Assembly: GCA_964391315.1 (NCBI GenBank)
Contig: CAYMJR010000007.1
Span: 1-62,122, forward strand
DNA from: an uncultured Gammaproteobacteria bacterium
GTDB taxonomy: Bacteria > Patescibacteriota > Microgenomatia > Levybacterales > UBA12049
DNA: 62,122 nucleotides
Direction: 5' to 3'
This document shows, one piece after another, positions 17,704 to 27,761 of the stretch (the first letter of the stretch is position 1; every line of letters starts with the position of its first letter). The notes beneath the pieces are model-generated. The model had not been told where the DNA came from and did not search any database. It was given only the letters and a program-made list of their open reading frames with translations. A program made the translations under genes and the position numbers.

Positions 17704-20502
17704 TTATAGCCACACCTTATATTTTCGTATATAAAGTATTTTTGCTATTTGTGTTAATATAGCGTAGCTTAAAAGGGTTAATGCAAGAAGCGGGAAGTAT
17801 GCAGATGGTAATGACTGCATACCTATTGCATGTCCTAAAAAGGTAAAAGGGAAAATAATACCAAGTGCCATAATTGTTCCTGTAAGAAGAAGTACTGATG
17901 TTGCAGCTCTACTTTGAATAAATGGTATCTTCTGGGTTCTAATTAAGTGAACAATCAAGGTTTGGGAAAGTAGCCCTTCAACAAACCAACCTGATTGGAA
18001 AAGCGATTGTCGAGCAGGAGAATCCGCGCCAAAAATAAACCACATTATAAGAAACGTGGTAACATCAAAAATTGAGCTAATTGGTCCAATGAGGGCCATA
18101 AATCGTGCAATTCCTTTTGCTTCCCATTTACGCGGTTTTCGTAAGAATTCTCGATCCATATTGTCCCATGGTATTGAAAGCATGGAAAAATCATATAAAA
18201 GATTTTGGATTAAGATCATTACAGGAAGCATTGGCAGGAAAGGAAGAAAAATAGATGAGATCATCACTGAAAATACATTGCCAAAATTTGAACTCGCGGT
18301 CATTTTGATGTATTTCATAATATTGCCAAAAATAGTTCTTCCCTCAATGACACCGCGTTCAAGAACAAGGAGATCGTTTTGAAGTAAAATAATATCCGCT
18401 GCTTCTTTGGCGATATCAACCGCAGTATCAACTGACACACTCACATCTGCTTCCCGCATAGCAGCTGCGTCATTAATTCCGTCTCCCATAAACCCAACTG
18501 TATGACCATTTCGCTTTAACGCTTCAATAATTCGAGCTTTTTGCAGTGGATCAACTTTTGCAAAGATTGTTGTTCCTTCTGCTTTTTTGGTAAGATCCTC
18601 ATCACTTAAAGCATCAATTTCACTTCCAAGCAATGTTTCACCACCACTGAGGTTTACTTCTTTGCAGATCCTACTGGTCACGATTTCGTTATCTCCTGTG
18701 ATAACTTTTACTTTTACTCCATGCTGTTCAAGAAGTGCAATTGCTTCTTTTGCTGATTCTTTAGGAGGATCAAGAAACCCTATATATCCAGCAAGAATAA
18801 GCTCACTCTCGTCAGAAACTTTATAAAAATGTTTTGTCTTCTCAATAGACTTATATGCGACAGCCAGCACCCGCAATCCATCCTCATTAAGTTTTTTGGT
18901 GAGTTCCCTAACTTTTTTGTGATGAATAAGTTCTTGAATACGGACGATTTTCCCATTTTCTTCTACTTTGGTACACAAAGGCAAAATTTCCTCAACTGCT
19001 CCTTTACAAATAAGAATATCACCATCACCTTTTTTCTGAACAATAACAGACATTCTTCTTCTCTGAAAATCAAAAGGAATTTCATCAATTTTTTGATACT
19101 CATCTTTTTCTGACACATCTTTTAGCTGTTCTTTTTTACTTATAACAGCAAAATCCATTAAGTTTTTTAGTCCTGTTTGAAAATAGCTGTTAAGAAAGGC
19201 AAGGCTTAAGACGTGGGATGCTTCTTTTCCTTCTGCATCAAGGTATCTCATTAATACGACTCTGTTTTCCGTAATTGTGCCTGTCTTATCAGTACACAAA
19301 ATGTCCATTGCCCCAAAGTTCTGGATGGCATTAAGTTTTTTAACAATTACTTTCTGTTTTGCCATTGCTATTGCGCCCTTTGCAAGGTTTGCTGTTACAA
19401 TTAGTGGAAGCATTTCAGGGGTAAGTCCTACAGCAACTGCAAGACCGAAGAAAAATGCATCATGCCAATTTCCTTTGGTAATCCCGTTGATGACAAAAAC
19501 AATTGGCACCATCACAAGCATAAAACGGATCAACAGAAAACTAACCTTGTTGATACCTATATCAAAACTTGTCATAGGACGCTTACCAGTAATGCTTTTT
19601 GCCATCGAGCCAAAATATGTTGTATTACCTGTTGCCACAACAACACCAACTGCTGATCCACTTATAATATTGGTGCCCAAAAAACAAAGCGTGTTAAGCT
19701 CAAGAGGGTTTTGTGTATCTTGTATCTCTTTTAATTCTTCACTATCAGAGACTTCGCTTCGTTTTGCATACTTTTCTACAGGCATTGATTCACCAGTCAG
19801 TGCTGATTGCGAAACAAATAAGTCTTTCGATGAGAGTAACCGAAGATCTGCAGGTACCATATCTCCTGATGTCAGATAAACAATATCTCCTGGAACAAGC
19901 TCGGTAAGGGGAATATCACGCTGGTCACCCTCAACGCTTGGCAACTTATCTACTGTCCCATGATGAGCTTCCCATCCCTGACGGGTAACAAGTGCTTTAT
20001 TTTGCACTAATGATTGAAGTTTTTGTGCAGCTTTTTGTGAACGGAATTCCTGCCAGAAACGAAGAACTGCAGTAAGTAAAATCATTGTTGAAAGAACAAT
20101 AACCTTTGTCCAGTCACGATCATTTGGTGAGGCAAGAATGACATCAGTAAACAGTGATGTTGTACCAATAACAAAAAGAATTGCAATAAATGGATTAAAA
20201 AACGATCGAATAAGCTGTATCCACCAAACTGGCGGCTTGTCATGAGCTACTTCATTTTTGCCATACTTTTCAAGGAGATTTTTCACCTCATTGCTTGTTA
20301 AACCTTTCAGGGAGGAATTGAGGACGCGAAGAACTTCCTCAGGAGTATCTTTGCCAAACTTTAGTAGGTCAGAGACAATTTTCGGAGAACTTTGTTTTTG
20401 AATTGTTGTAATTCCTCGATCAACAATCCCAATAATATGTTTTTGCAAAATATTATTTACCATAGACCGTTCATGACTTACATTATCTTGGTAATATGAC
20501 AA
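17704..20502 (-). CDS. mgtA: Magnesium-importing P-type ATPase (MgtA/MgtB type)
   Basis: LTSNEVKNLLEKYGKNEV...NPF N-terminus, TGES, DKTGTIT phosphorylation site, GDGINDAAAM, 10-TM layout. Start either TTG 20502 or ATG 20463. Confidence 0.9.
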   Translation of the reverse strand: MSYYQDNVSHERSMVNNILQKHIIGIVDRGITTIQKQSSPKIVSDLLKFGKDTPEEVLRVLNSSLKGLTSNEVKNLLEKYGKNEVAHDKPPVWWIQLIRSFFNPFIAILFVIGTTSLFTDVILASPNDRDWTKVIVLSTMILLTAVLRFWQEFRSQKAAQKLQSLVQNKALVTRQGWEAHHGTVDKLPSVEGDQRDIPLTELVPGDIVYLTSGDMVPADLRLLSSKDLFVSQSALTGESMPVEKYAKRSEVSDSEELKEIQDTQNPLELNTLCFLGTNIISGSAVGVVVATGNTTYFGSMAKSITGKRPMTSFDIGINKVSFLLIRFMLVMVPIVFVINGITKGNWHDAFFFGLAVAVGLTPEMLPLIVTANLAKGAIAMAKQKVIVKKLNAIQNFGAMDILCTDKTGTITENRVVLMRYLDAEGKEASHVLSLAFLNSYFQTGLKNLMDFAVISKKEQLKDVSEKDEYQKIDEIPFDFQRRRMSVIVQKKGDGDILICKGAVEEILPLCTKVEENGKIVRIQELIHHKKVRELTKKLNEDGLRVLAVAYKSIEKTKHFYKVSDESELILAGYIGFLDPPKESAKEAIALLEQHGVKVKVITGDNEIVTSRICKEVNLSGGETLLGSEIDALSDEDLTKKAEGTTIFAKVDPLQKARIIEALKRNGHTVGFMGDGINDAAAMREADVSVSVDTAVDIAKEAADIILLQNDLLVLERGVIEGRTIFGNIMKYIKMTASSNFGNVFSVMISSIFLPFLPMLPVMILIQNLLYDFSMLSIPWDNMDREFLRKPRKWEAKGIARFMALIGPISSIFDVTTFLIMWFIFGADSPARQSLFQSGWFVEGLLSQTLIVHLIRTQKIPFIQSRAATSVLLLTGTIMALGIIFPFTFLGHAIGMQSLPSAYFPLLALTLLSYAILTQIAKILYIRKYKVWL

Positions 20503-20527
20503 ATGACATTAAGGATAATACAAGGAG

Positions 20528-20678
20528 AAAAAACTATACAATCTTTTACACCAAAGTGATTACAATAAAAAAATGATAATTTCGGTTACTCGGCTCTTCT
20601 TCGATTTCCATAATTTTTCCTTCTTATTATTTTTCGTGTTATATTTTCATTCTAAACCTCTACAATAATACCTGTCAA
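20528..20678 (-). promoter_or_regulatory. mgtA promoter and ~140-nt leader with 21-codon ORF and terminator-like hairpin
   Basis: Minus strand: TTGACA (20678-20673), 18-nt spacer, TAGAAT (20654-20649). AAGGA-6 nt-ATG leader ORF 20611..20546 (MEIEEEPSNRNYHFFIVITLV). Hairpin arms 20564-20558 / 20543-20537, then a T6 run (20533-20528). Confidence 0.3.
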
Positions 20679-20683
20679 TATAA

Positions 20684-21676
20684 TTATCGTGGAAACAGAT
20701 TTTTTTTATAAATATTTATCATAACCTTATCTGTGTTGAACAATATAAATAATTTCTGTAAAATAACTGTCGTTAAAAGAACACTTAAAAAAAGTGTTGT
20801 GCCGTTAAAATGCAATTGTTTAATAAACGCAGCAAACGAAGTCAAAATAAAATAATGCAGAAAAAAGATTGCATATGAATATTTGCTAAAAAAATACAAT
20901 GTTTGTTGAATAAACTTGTTGTTGAAAATATATCTATCAACAAATGTGAGTATCAAAAGAATTGTTGTTCCAAATGAAAGATAGAAAAGATTAGGTGGGT
21001 ATTTATTATGTATTAAAACAGCATCATGATGTTGATTTTGTAACACAATTAATGAAAAAATAAACAATAAAAAATTTGCAACAAAAAGCCACACGCGTTG
21101 TTTCTCATATTTGATATAGAACCAAGTAAAGTACAACATTACAGTCCATGGAAGCCACATCGTGTATTTATATGATATTGAGAATTGATGAAATAGGAGA
21201 TAAATAGAACTCCCAAAGGATAAAAGAAAAAAAAGAAAAAATAATTTATTTGATTTTTGCAGACACCAAATAAAAATTGATGAGAGAATTGTAATATAAA
21301 CGAATAATAATATCAGCCAATTAATATCAACACCGCCTAAAAGAAAAATACTTTGCCATATATACTGAACCGTAACTATTTTGGGTGAGATAATCAATAA
21401 TAAAAGAAGAAAGAAAAATAGAAAAATGTAATATGGTGGAAGAAGACGAATCAGCCGTTTTTTAAGATAAGGAAGAAAATGCATTGGTCTATCTAAATTT
21501 TTTTGGAAAAATAAATATACAGAACAAAAAATAAAAATTGGCACAGCAAAATTGCTCCAATTCCAAAGCGCAGAAATAAACTTATCATTTGGAAAAAATG
21601 CAGTCGCATGGGTAAAAATTATAACAATCATCGAGAGTCCGCGAAGATTATCAATCAATCTGTCTCTTTGTATCAT
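20684..21676 (-). CDS. Acyltransferase family 3 membrane protein
   Basis: Polytopic. N-terminus MIQRDRLIDNLRGLSMIVIIFTHA fits the R..lD.lRg....V...H acyltransferase-3 start. ATG 21676 preferred over track start 21733, which would leave only 5 nt to the divergent kinase gene. Confidence 0.7.
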   Translation of the reverse strand: MIQRDRLIDNLRGLSMIVIIFTHATAFFPNDKFISALWNWSNFAVPIFIFCSVYLFFQKNLDRPMHFLPYLKKRLIRLLPPYYIFLFFFLLLLLIISPKIVTVQYIWQSIFLLGGVDINWLILLFVYITILSSIFIWCLQKSNKLFFLFFLLSFGSSIYLLFHQFSISYKYTMWLPWTVMLYFTWFYIKYEKQRVWLFVANFLLFIFSLIVLQNQHHDAVLIHNKYPPNLFYLSFGTTILLILTFVDRYIFNNKFIQQTLYFFSKYSYAIFFLHYFILTSFAAFIKQLHFNGTTLFLSVLLTTVILQKLFILFNTDKVMINIYKKNLFPR

Positions 21677-21738
21677 CTCCTCATTATAATAGCAGAAAGT
21701 ATGCGATATTTTGCAGTTCATGATAAAATACACCTACT

Positions 21739-23205
21739 ATGACTATAATAGAGAACATAATAGATTATCTTAAACCATCTAATCGCATTGGGAAAAAACA
21801 GTATTCTATTTTATTTCCTTTATTACTCACAACCACATGTGCAATTTTCTTAGAGCTTGATTACCGCTTCATAATTCATATGCCAGAGTTAGTCCGAGCG
21901 CCTGCAGTTATTATTCTCCTTGGGTTAATTATCTATTTTTCTCTTCGTGATGGAATTCGCGGAGGTATAACATCAACAATAATAACAATTTTGTATTATT
22001 GCTATATTAGCATCTCACAATTCAGTACAGAAAATAATTTAATTGCTGATGCTGAAAGGACACTAAGTTTTGCAATAATCTATCTTTTTTTGGCAACATC
22101 TATCGGTGGACTTAAGCAAAAAATAGATATATTAATTGAGAAAGAAGAAAATGAAAAAAATAAATTACAAACTATTATCCAACAAATGCCCGCGGGTGTT
22201 TTAGTTATAGAAAAAAATGGGAAAGTAACACACGCCAATAAGCAATTGGAAGTAATATCTGGATATAGAATTCCAGTCGGTACAATACTTGAAAAAGATA
22301 GAACTCTCTTGCCAGAAACATATAATGTGAAACCATCACGATCTCCGCTTACTCAGGTACTAAAAGGAAAAGCGCTCATGAAACGCGAATATCAGATCAA
22401 AAGAAAAGATGGCAAAGATAGATATATACAGATTAGTGCCTCACCTGTTTGGGGACATAATCACAAAATTAGCGCTGCTACCGCAGTTATTACTGATATA
22501 ACTCAACAAAAAGAACAGGAACAAAGAAGAGATGATTTTATTAACATCGCATCGCATGAATTACGAACTCCGATTACTAGTATGAAATTATATGTTAATT
22601 CACTTTCATCGCGAATAAGTGAATATAACAATGTAGAAATTAATCAAATAATTGAAAGTGTCAAATACCAAACAGAAAAACTGCAGGATCTTGTAGATGA
22701 CTTACTGGATGTATCGCGCATACGTACAGGAAAAATGACTTTTAGAAAGGAAGTATTTTTACTTAATGGCTTGCTCGAAGAGACAGTGAATAGTTTACAT
22801 GCCATTATCAAACACCACAAAATTATTTTTTCAAATGATCAATCGCTTATGGTTCTTGCAGATAAATTCAGGCTAAATCAGGTTATTATTAACCTTATTA
22901 CTAATGCATCAAAATATTCTCCTGCCGGTACAAATATTATTATCAATACTAAGTTGCTTAATGGAAATGCTATTGTTAGCGTGAAGGATTCAGGGATGGG
23001 CATCAGCAAAGAACAGCAGAAAAAAATTTTTAACAGGCTTTATCAGGTTTCAGATACTAAAATAAGAACATTTCCAGGTCTTGGTATTGGATTATATATT
23101 TCCAAACAAATTATAAGTAGACATAGAGGACGTATCTGGGTTGAAAGCGAAAAAGGAAAAGGATCAACATTTTATTTTAGCTTGCCTTTATATAAAAAAA
23201 GTTGA
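21739..23205 (+). CDS. Sensor histidine kinase (TM/DUF4118-like region, PAS, HisKA, HATPase_c)
   Basis: H-box ASHELRTPITSM, N-box NLITNASKYS, G-boxes DSGMGI and GLGIGL. Confidence 0.9.
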   Translation: MTIIENIIDYLKPSNRIGKKQYSILFPLLLTTTCAIFLELDYRFIIHMPELVRAPAVIILLGLIIYFSLRDGIRGGITSTIITILYYCYISISQFSTENNLIADAERTLSFAIIYLFLATSIGGLKQKIDILIEKEENEKNKLQTIIQQMPAGVLVIEKNGKVTHANKQLEVISGYRIPVGTILEKDRTLLPETYNVKPSRSPLTQVLKGKALMKREYQIKRKDGKDRYIQISASPVWGHNHKISAATAVITDITQQKEQEQRRDDFINIASHELRTPITSMKLYVNSLSSRISEYNNVEINQIIESVKYQTEKLQDLVDDLLDVSRIRTGKMTFRKEVFLLNGLLEETVNSLHAIIKHHKIIFSNDQSLMVLADKFRLNQVIINLITNASKYSPAGTNIIINTKLLNGNAIVSVKDSGMGISKEQQKKIFNRLYQVSDTKIRTFPGLGIGLYISKQIISRHRGRIWVESEKGKGSTFYFSLPLYKKS

Positions 23206-23207
23206 CT

Positions 23208-23630
23208 ATGCAAAAACAAATAAAAACTCACATCAATATAATGCCAAACGATAAAAACCGCCAATTCAAAATTCTGGTAGTGGACGACGATGAGGGAATT
23301 CTTGATGCAATCTCACTCATTCTTGAAGATGAAGGGTTCACAATAGCAACCGTTTCCGATGGCAATTTCGTAATTAAAAAAGTTGGAAAATTTAAGCCTG
23401 ACCTTATCCTCCTTGATGTGTTATTGTCTGGCACTGATGGACGGGACATCAGTAAAAAATTAAAAAGTGATGAAGAAACGCAGCGCATTCCAATTATTAT
23501 GATCTCTGCACATCCAAATGCAAAACAAACATTGAAAAAATATGGAGCAAACGCATTTTTATCCAAACCTTTCGGTGCTGATGATTTATTAAATATAATT
23601 AATAAGTATATTGACGTGGCAAAAAATTAA
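23208..23630 (+). CDS. Single-domain response regulator (receiver only)
   Basis: ILVVDDDEG, phospho-acceptor region LILLDVLLSG, PIIMISAH, KP. No output domain. Confidence 0.9.
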   Translation: MQKQIKTHINIMPNDKNRQFKILVVDDDEGILDAISLILEDEGFTIATVSDGNFVIKKVGKFKPDLILLDVLLSGTDGRDISKKLKSDEETQRIPIIMISAHPNAKQTLKKYGANAFLSKPFGADDLLNIINKYIDVAKN

Positions 23631-23646
23631 TCATAAGATAGAGTCT

Positions 23647-23937
23647 ATGGCAAAATATAAAAAACAAATTGAAGAAATGATAGAAGCCCATAAAGAACTC
23701 TTTACTGCGTTCCGAGAACTTCATGACAAGTATGCACTTGATCCTAAAAAATGGCAAGAACAATATAATGAAGAAGGAAGAGAAATTATGATTCTTCTTC
23801 GCCGTTGGGAAAATAATTTGTGTTCGAAATCCGAATCAGGCAGATACGGCAAATTTTCAAATAAACTCGCTGATAAATTCTGGAACGAAATTCGGACGAT
23901 TTTTCCAAAGATAGATTATATTGGGGTACAATCGTAG
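23647..23937 (+). CDS. Hypothetical small helical protein
   Basis: ATG 23647 lies downstream of the response-regulator stop. 96 aa, no recognised motif. Confidence 0.35.
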   Translation: MAKYKKQIEEMIEAHKELFTAFRELHDKYALDPKKWQEQYNEEGREIMILLRRWENNLCSKSESGRYGKFSNKLADKFWNEIRTIFPKIDYIGVQS

Positions 23938-23947
23938 ACTGTTTAAA

Positions 23948-24595
23948 TCAGTTCTTTTTTTCTTCTCTTTCCTTCATTTCTTTATCTTCTTCTGTAACAC
24001 TTTCTTTTTTCTTTTCTTTCTTTGCAGTGCCTCCTTTAGCACCTGCTATAGTTGTCCTTCGATACTCGACCTCTGGGGCTTCGGACGCCTCAAAAGCACC
24101 AATAACCATCGAGAAGCCGGTGATGAAGAAAGCAAGTCCCACAAAAAGACCTATTGCCGCAAGTCCTGTTACTGGCCATCCAGTTAAAATAACCATACCC
24201 AAAATAAGTGTTAAAATTCCACCCGTTAATGTCCAACCCCAATTTCTACTCCTAACAACCAAAGAGGAAACAATATAATATACTCCAACAACGAGCAATA
24301 AAATAGAAACCAAAAGTGTTACTGTTGCTGCGGTAAAACCAGGATTTAATACAATGAGTCCTCCAACTAGAAAGGTTAATATGCCGCCAACAAATGATCT
24401 TGCTCGATCATTCCTGCTAAAAAATCCATTGAGGAACTGAATAATACCTCCAATAATAAGCATCCAGCCAAAGAAGAGTACAGTAGCGAATCCAGTAAAA
24501 ATTTGTGCACCGAGAGTAATAAAACCAAGGATCATCAGAAGTACACCGATGAAAACGGCCCAACCCGTATTTGTTTCCCGTCTTGTACCATTCAT
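23948..24595 (-). CDS. HdeD/DUF308-family membrane protein with Lys/Glu-rich C-terminal tail
   Basis: Repeated TM pairs with the G.l.ii.G...l pattern (GWMLIIGGIIQFLNG, LLLVVGVYYIVSS). Tail KKEKKKESVTEEDKEMKEREEKKN. Confidence 0.65.
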   Translation of the reverse strand: MNGTRRETNTGWAVFIGVLLMILGFITLGAQIFTGFATVLFFGWMLIIGGIIQFLNGFFSRNDRARSFVGGILTFLVGGLIVLNPGFTAATVTLLVSILLLVVGVYYIVSSLVVRSRNWGWTLTGGILTLILGMVILTGWPVTGLAAIGLFVGLAFFITGFSMVIGAFEASEAPEVEYRRTTIAGAKGGTAKKEKKKESVTEEDKEMKEREEKKN

Positions 24596-24681
24596 ATTGT
24601 ATTGCTACCTTATAATCCTACTATAAATATTAAATAAACATCATGTAATTATCCTGTATGAAGAAATGCTATAATTTCAAT

Positions 24682-25560
24682 ATGAATATTCTTTCAACAT
24701 CAGGATGGGATGAATATGAGTTGCTCGATACAGGGGATGGGCATCGACTTGAACGATTTGGCCAATATGTCCTTGTCCGGCCAGACCCACAAATCATATG
24801 GAGACCGCGCTTGTCTAAAACAGATTGGCTCAAGGCAGATGCTGTTTTTGCTAAAGAGAAAGAGCACTGGCAAAATAGAAATAATGTTCCCCAAAAATGG
24901 CTCATGCATTATGAAAATCTCTCATTTTTTGCAGAACTGACACCATTCAAACATACAGGTGTTTTCCCTGAACAACTCTTACAGTGGAATTGGATGCAGG
25001 AAAAACTTAAAAGTGAAAACGAAAAACGAAAAAATACAGATCAAAAAATAAGAATTCTTAATCTTTTTGGATATACAGGTATCGCAAGTCTTGTTTGTGC
25101 CAAAGAAGGAGCAGCGGTAACTCATGTTGATGCGTCACGACCGACAATTGGGTGGGCACGCGAAAATCAAAAAGCATCCAAACTGGAAAATACACCAATC
25201 CGTTGGATCCTTGATGACGCAAGCAAATTTGTAGAAAGAGAACTCAAACGAGGTGTTCGTTATGACGGCATCATTATGGACCCACCAATTTACGGACATG
25301 GTCCAAATGGAGAAAAATGGAACTTTGCTACCTCTTTTCCAAGACTTTTGGATTTGTGCAGAAAAGTATTGTCCGACAAACCTCTCTTTGTCGTCATCAA
25401 TGCCTATGCTATTTCCGCATCAAGTCTTATGTTGGAAAATATTTTACAAGATTTTGCAAAAGGATTAGCAGGGAAAATAGAAGTAGGGGAATTAGCTCTT
25501 GAAGAAAAACAATCGCACCGTCTCTTATCAACCGGAATCTTCGGCCGTTGGTCTTCATAA
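24682..25560 (+). CDS. Class I SAM-dependent methyltransferase (RlmI/RlmK-like, PF10672-type)
   Basis: LNLFGYTGIASL (motif I), HVDAS, IIMDPPIYGHG (motif IV). Start set to ATG 24682 (TGcTATAAT 24667-24675). Confidence 0.6.
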   Translation: MNILSTSGWDEYELLDTGDGHRLERFGQYVLVRPDPQIIWRPRLSKTDWLKADAVFAKEKEHWQNRNNVPQKWLMHYENLSFFAELTPFKHTGVFPEQLLQWNWMQEKLKSENEKRKNTDQKIRILNLFGYTGIASLVCAKEGAAVTHVDASRPTIGWARENQKASKLENTPIRWILDDASKFVERELKRGVRYDGIIMDPPIYGHGPNGEKWNFATSFPRLLDLCRKVLSDKPLFVVINAYAISASSLMLENILQDFAKGLAGKIEVGELALEEKQSHRLLSTGIFGRWSS

Positions 25561-25567
25561 CGTCTTA

Positions 25568-26482
25568 CTATTGCTTCATATTTTGAATGGTGATAACCAG
25601 CCATGTATCAAATTCCAATATCCAATGCATAAGTAATGATTGCTCCCGACAAGCAAAATCGAGTTGATTCCTGTCATCTGTCGTTACCGTAAGCGCACTG
25701 GTTGTATATTCGTACATAATACCATCAGGATCTCCTACATGAACCATTCCCAACGAGTGACCAAATTCATGAGCAAGCGTATGAATAAGTTCATCCTGAT
25801 TACTGGCAAAATAAATAGTAATCGTGTTAATACCTTTATTGGATTCGTAAACTCCTTCTTCTGGTTTTTGATTTAATGCTTGGTTAAACTGACTAACATC
25901 CTGATTTAATACTGAAAGATGAGAATTATAATCATTGGTTGAAAGATTAAGTTGCTTTGCTCTTTCGTTCAGAGCATCACCTTCTGCTTGTAATTCTTTT
26001 TGTTGTTTCATTAAATTATCATATATTGACGGAGGAGCTCCACCTTCACGGTTATATTTATCAACAGTCTCTTTAAAAGAGCTTAAGCGTTGTTCAAAAT
26101 TGGCTACATCTGAATTATATTGTGTAATCTGTTGGTTGAGTACCTGGCTATTTTGCTTAAGTTTTTTATTGAGATCCGTAATTTGTGTATCAAGTGCTTG
26201 TCGTTGATCATAAACAAAATTAACCGTTAAATTTGCATTTGATGAATAAATGAAAAGCTTTTTTCCTTCTGCATTACTCCAGATGTCTGTTGCCTGTTTA
26301 ATATCATTAAGAGCATCATCAGAGTTTAAGTTAAATCGTGCATCAATCGTACCTAATTTATATGGTAAAGGGGCATCACATTGGCTGTATGACAAGAGTT
26401 GAACTGCCTTTTGATGCAACGATGGAACGACATAAATAGCAAGGCTAAGAACTCCAAAAAGAAATAAAATAAACCATTTCAT
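25568..26482 (-). CDS. Secreted matrixin-like zinc metalloprotease with long coiled-coil insert
   Basis: Signal peptide. HEFGHSLGMVHVGDPDGIMY (HExxHxxGxxH plus Met-turn). Central Gln/Asn/Leu-rich helical region. Confidence 0.75.
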   Translation of the reverse strand: MKWFILFLFGVLSLAIYVVPSLHQKAVQLLSYSQCDAPLPYKLGTIDARFNLNSDDALNDIKQATDIWSNAEGKKLFIYSSNANLTVNFVYDQRQALDTQITDLNKKLKQNSQVLNQQITQYNSDVANFEQRLSSFKETVDKYNREGGAPPSIYDNLMKQQKELQAEGDALNERAKQLNLSTNDYNSHLSVLNQDVSQFNQALNQKPEEGVYESNKGINTITIYFASNQDELIHTLAHEFGHSLGMVHVGDPDGIMYEYTTSALTVTTDDRNQLDFACREQSLLMHWILEFDTWLVITIQNMKQ

Positions 26483-27450
26483 GTCACATCAGAAATAAAC
26501 GTCAAAAGATTTTCTCTCATTTGTTTAATACTTTTATCATCGAAAACAGATATGTGTAAAATATGCTTGTGGTTTTTTTTAAACAATTTTATTTTAGACG
26601 CAAGAATATCTTCATCTACTAAATCCGTTTTTGTAAACAAAATAATTTCTGGTTTTTCAAGTAATGTTTTATTGTATTCAGCAAATTCTTTTCGAACAAT
26701 TTCATATGTTTTTTGTGGAGTAGGATCTGTGACATCAATACAATGTACAATCATTTTTGTTTTTTCAATATGTTTAAGAAATGCAGTTCCCAGTCCTTTT
26801 CCTGCAGATGCACCTTCGATAAGTCCCGGGATATCAGCAATTGCAAAATGATCCAGCATCCCGATATTTGGCTCAAGCGTTGTAAATGGATAATTACCAA
26901 TTTTTGGATTGGCATGCGTCAAGACAGAAAGCAAACTGCTTTTTCCGGCATTAGGCAGACCAATCAATCCAATATCTGCAATAAGACGTAATTCCAGATG
27001 TAATTTTTTTTCTTCTCCTTTGGTTCCTTTTTCAGCATAATGAGGTGCTTGATTTGTTGCGGATTTAAATTCAGCATTACCACGACCGCCAAGACCTCCA
27101 AGTGCTATTAAATAGGGAGAAACGGTATCGGTGATTTCGTATACACGGCCTGTCGCCATATCAGTAATTGTTGTGCCAAGAGGAACTAATACAGTTGTGT
27201 GTTGTGCGTTCTTTCCAAACATTTTTTGATTGCGTCCTGGCGTACCATCTTCAGCACGGATTTTTTTCTTAAATCGAAATTCTTTGAGATCTCTAATGTT
27301 ATTTGATCCTTGAAAATAGATATTACCGCCATTACCGCCGTTGCCACCATCCGGTCCACCACGAGACGTCAAGCCATTTCGAAGGAACGTCGCGGCACCG
27401 TCACCACCATTGCCTGCTTTAATCTGAAGTGTAACATTATCAACTAGCAT
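26479..27450 (-). CDS. obg: GTPase Obg/CgtA
   Basis: Obg fold N-terminus VDNVTLQIKAGNGGDG, Gly-rich repeats, G1 GLPNAGKSSLL, DIPGLIEGA, TKTD. Confidence 0.95.
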   Translation of the reverse strand: MLVDNVTLQIKAGNGGDGAATFLRNGLTSRGGPDGGNGGNGGNIYFQGSNNIRDLKEFRFKKKIRAEDGTPGRNQKMFGKNAQHTTVLVPLGTTITDMATGRVYEITDTVSPYLIALGGLGGRGNAEFKSATNQAPHYAEKGTKGEEKKLHLELRLIADIGLIGLPNAGKSSLLSVLTHANPKIGNYPFTTLEPNIGMLDHFAIADIPGLIEGASAGKGLGTAFLKHIEKTKMIVHCIDVTDPTPQKTYEIVRKEFAEYNKTLLEKPEIILFTKTDLVDEDILASKIKLFKKNHKHILHISVFDDKSIKQMRENLLTFISDVT

Positions 27451-27474
27451 AGCTGTATTGTATCACGAAGCGGT

Positions 27475-27627
27475 TTATTTTGAGGAGAACAATGAATGCA
27501 CCTGCATCTGAGCCATTTGCCACGGTGTGTAATATGTGTCGTGATCAAAATTATATTTTTTAATTGTCATACCAATAGTCAAAACAAGGCCCATGGCAAT
27601 AAGTAATACAAGCAGTTTCGATCTCAT
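27475..27627 (-). CDS. Possible small membrane protein (50 aa), absent from the ORF track
   Basis: ATG 27627 to TAA 27475-27477. MRSKLLVLLIAMGLVLTIGMTIKKYNFDHDTYYTPWQMAQMQVHSLFSSK. Lies in an otherwise empty 310-nt gap. Confidence 0.3.
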   Translation of the reverse strand: MRSKLLVLLIAMGLVLTIGMTIKKYNFDHDTYYTPWQMAQMQVHSLFSSK

Positions 27628-27761
27628 GTAGTGGTACTGTACCATAGCAAAAGATGGGATGCAAGCTCAGCGGAAAATGTCTAGAGTTTTTTATACAATT
27701 CTTACGGGTGTCATACAAGTGACCGAAAGTTTTATCACATTTTGCCGCTATACATCAATAT

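Noticed and set aside
19277-19879. Long antisense or out-of-frame ORFs from the track, e.g. 19277..19879(+) and 18056..18382(+) inside mgtA, 58383..58901(+), 56762..57211(-), 179..433(-), 1351..1596(+), 36446..36682(+)
   Set aside because: Each lies entirely within a longer ORF that has clear family motifs. They have skewed low-complexity composition and no start signals, and are typical shadow ORFs.
20503-20683. M-box (ykoK) Mg2+ riboswitch in the mgtA leader
   Set aside because: The leader is only ~140 nt, very AT-rich, and I could not recognise the conserved M-box helices or loops by eye. An Rfam scan is needed to exclude it formally.
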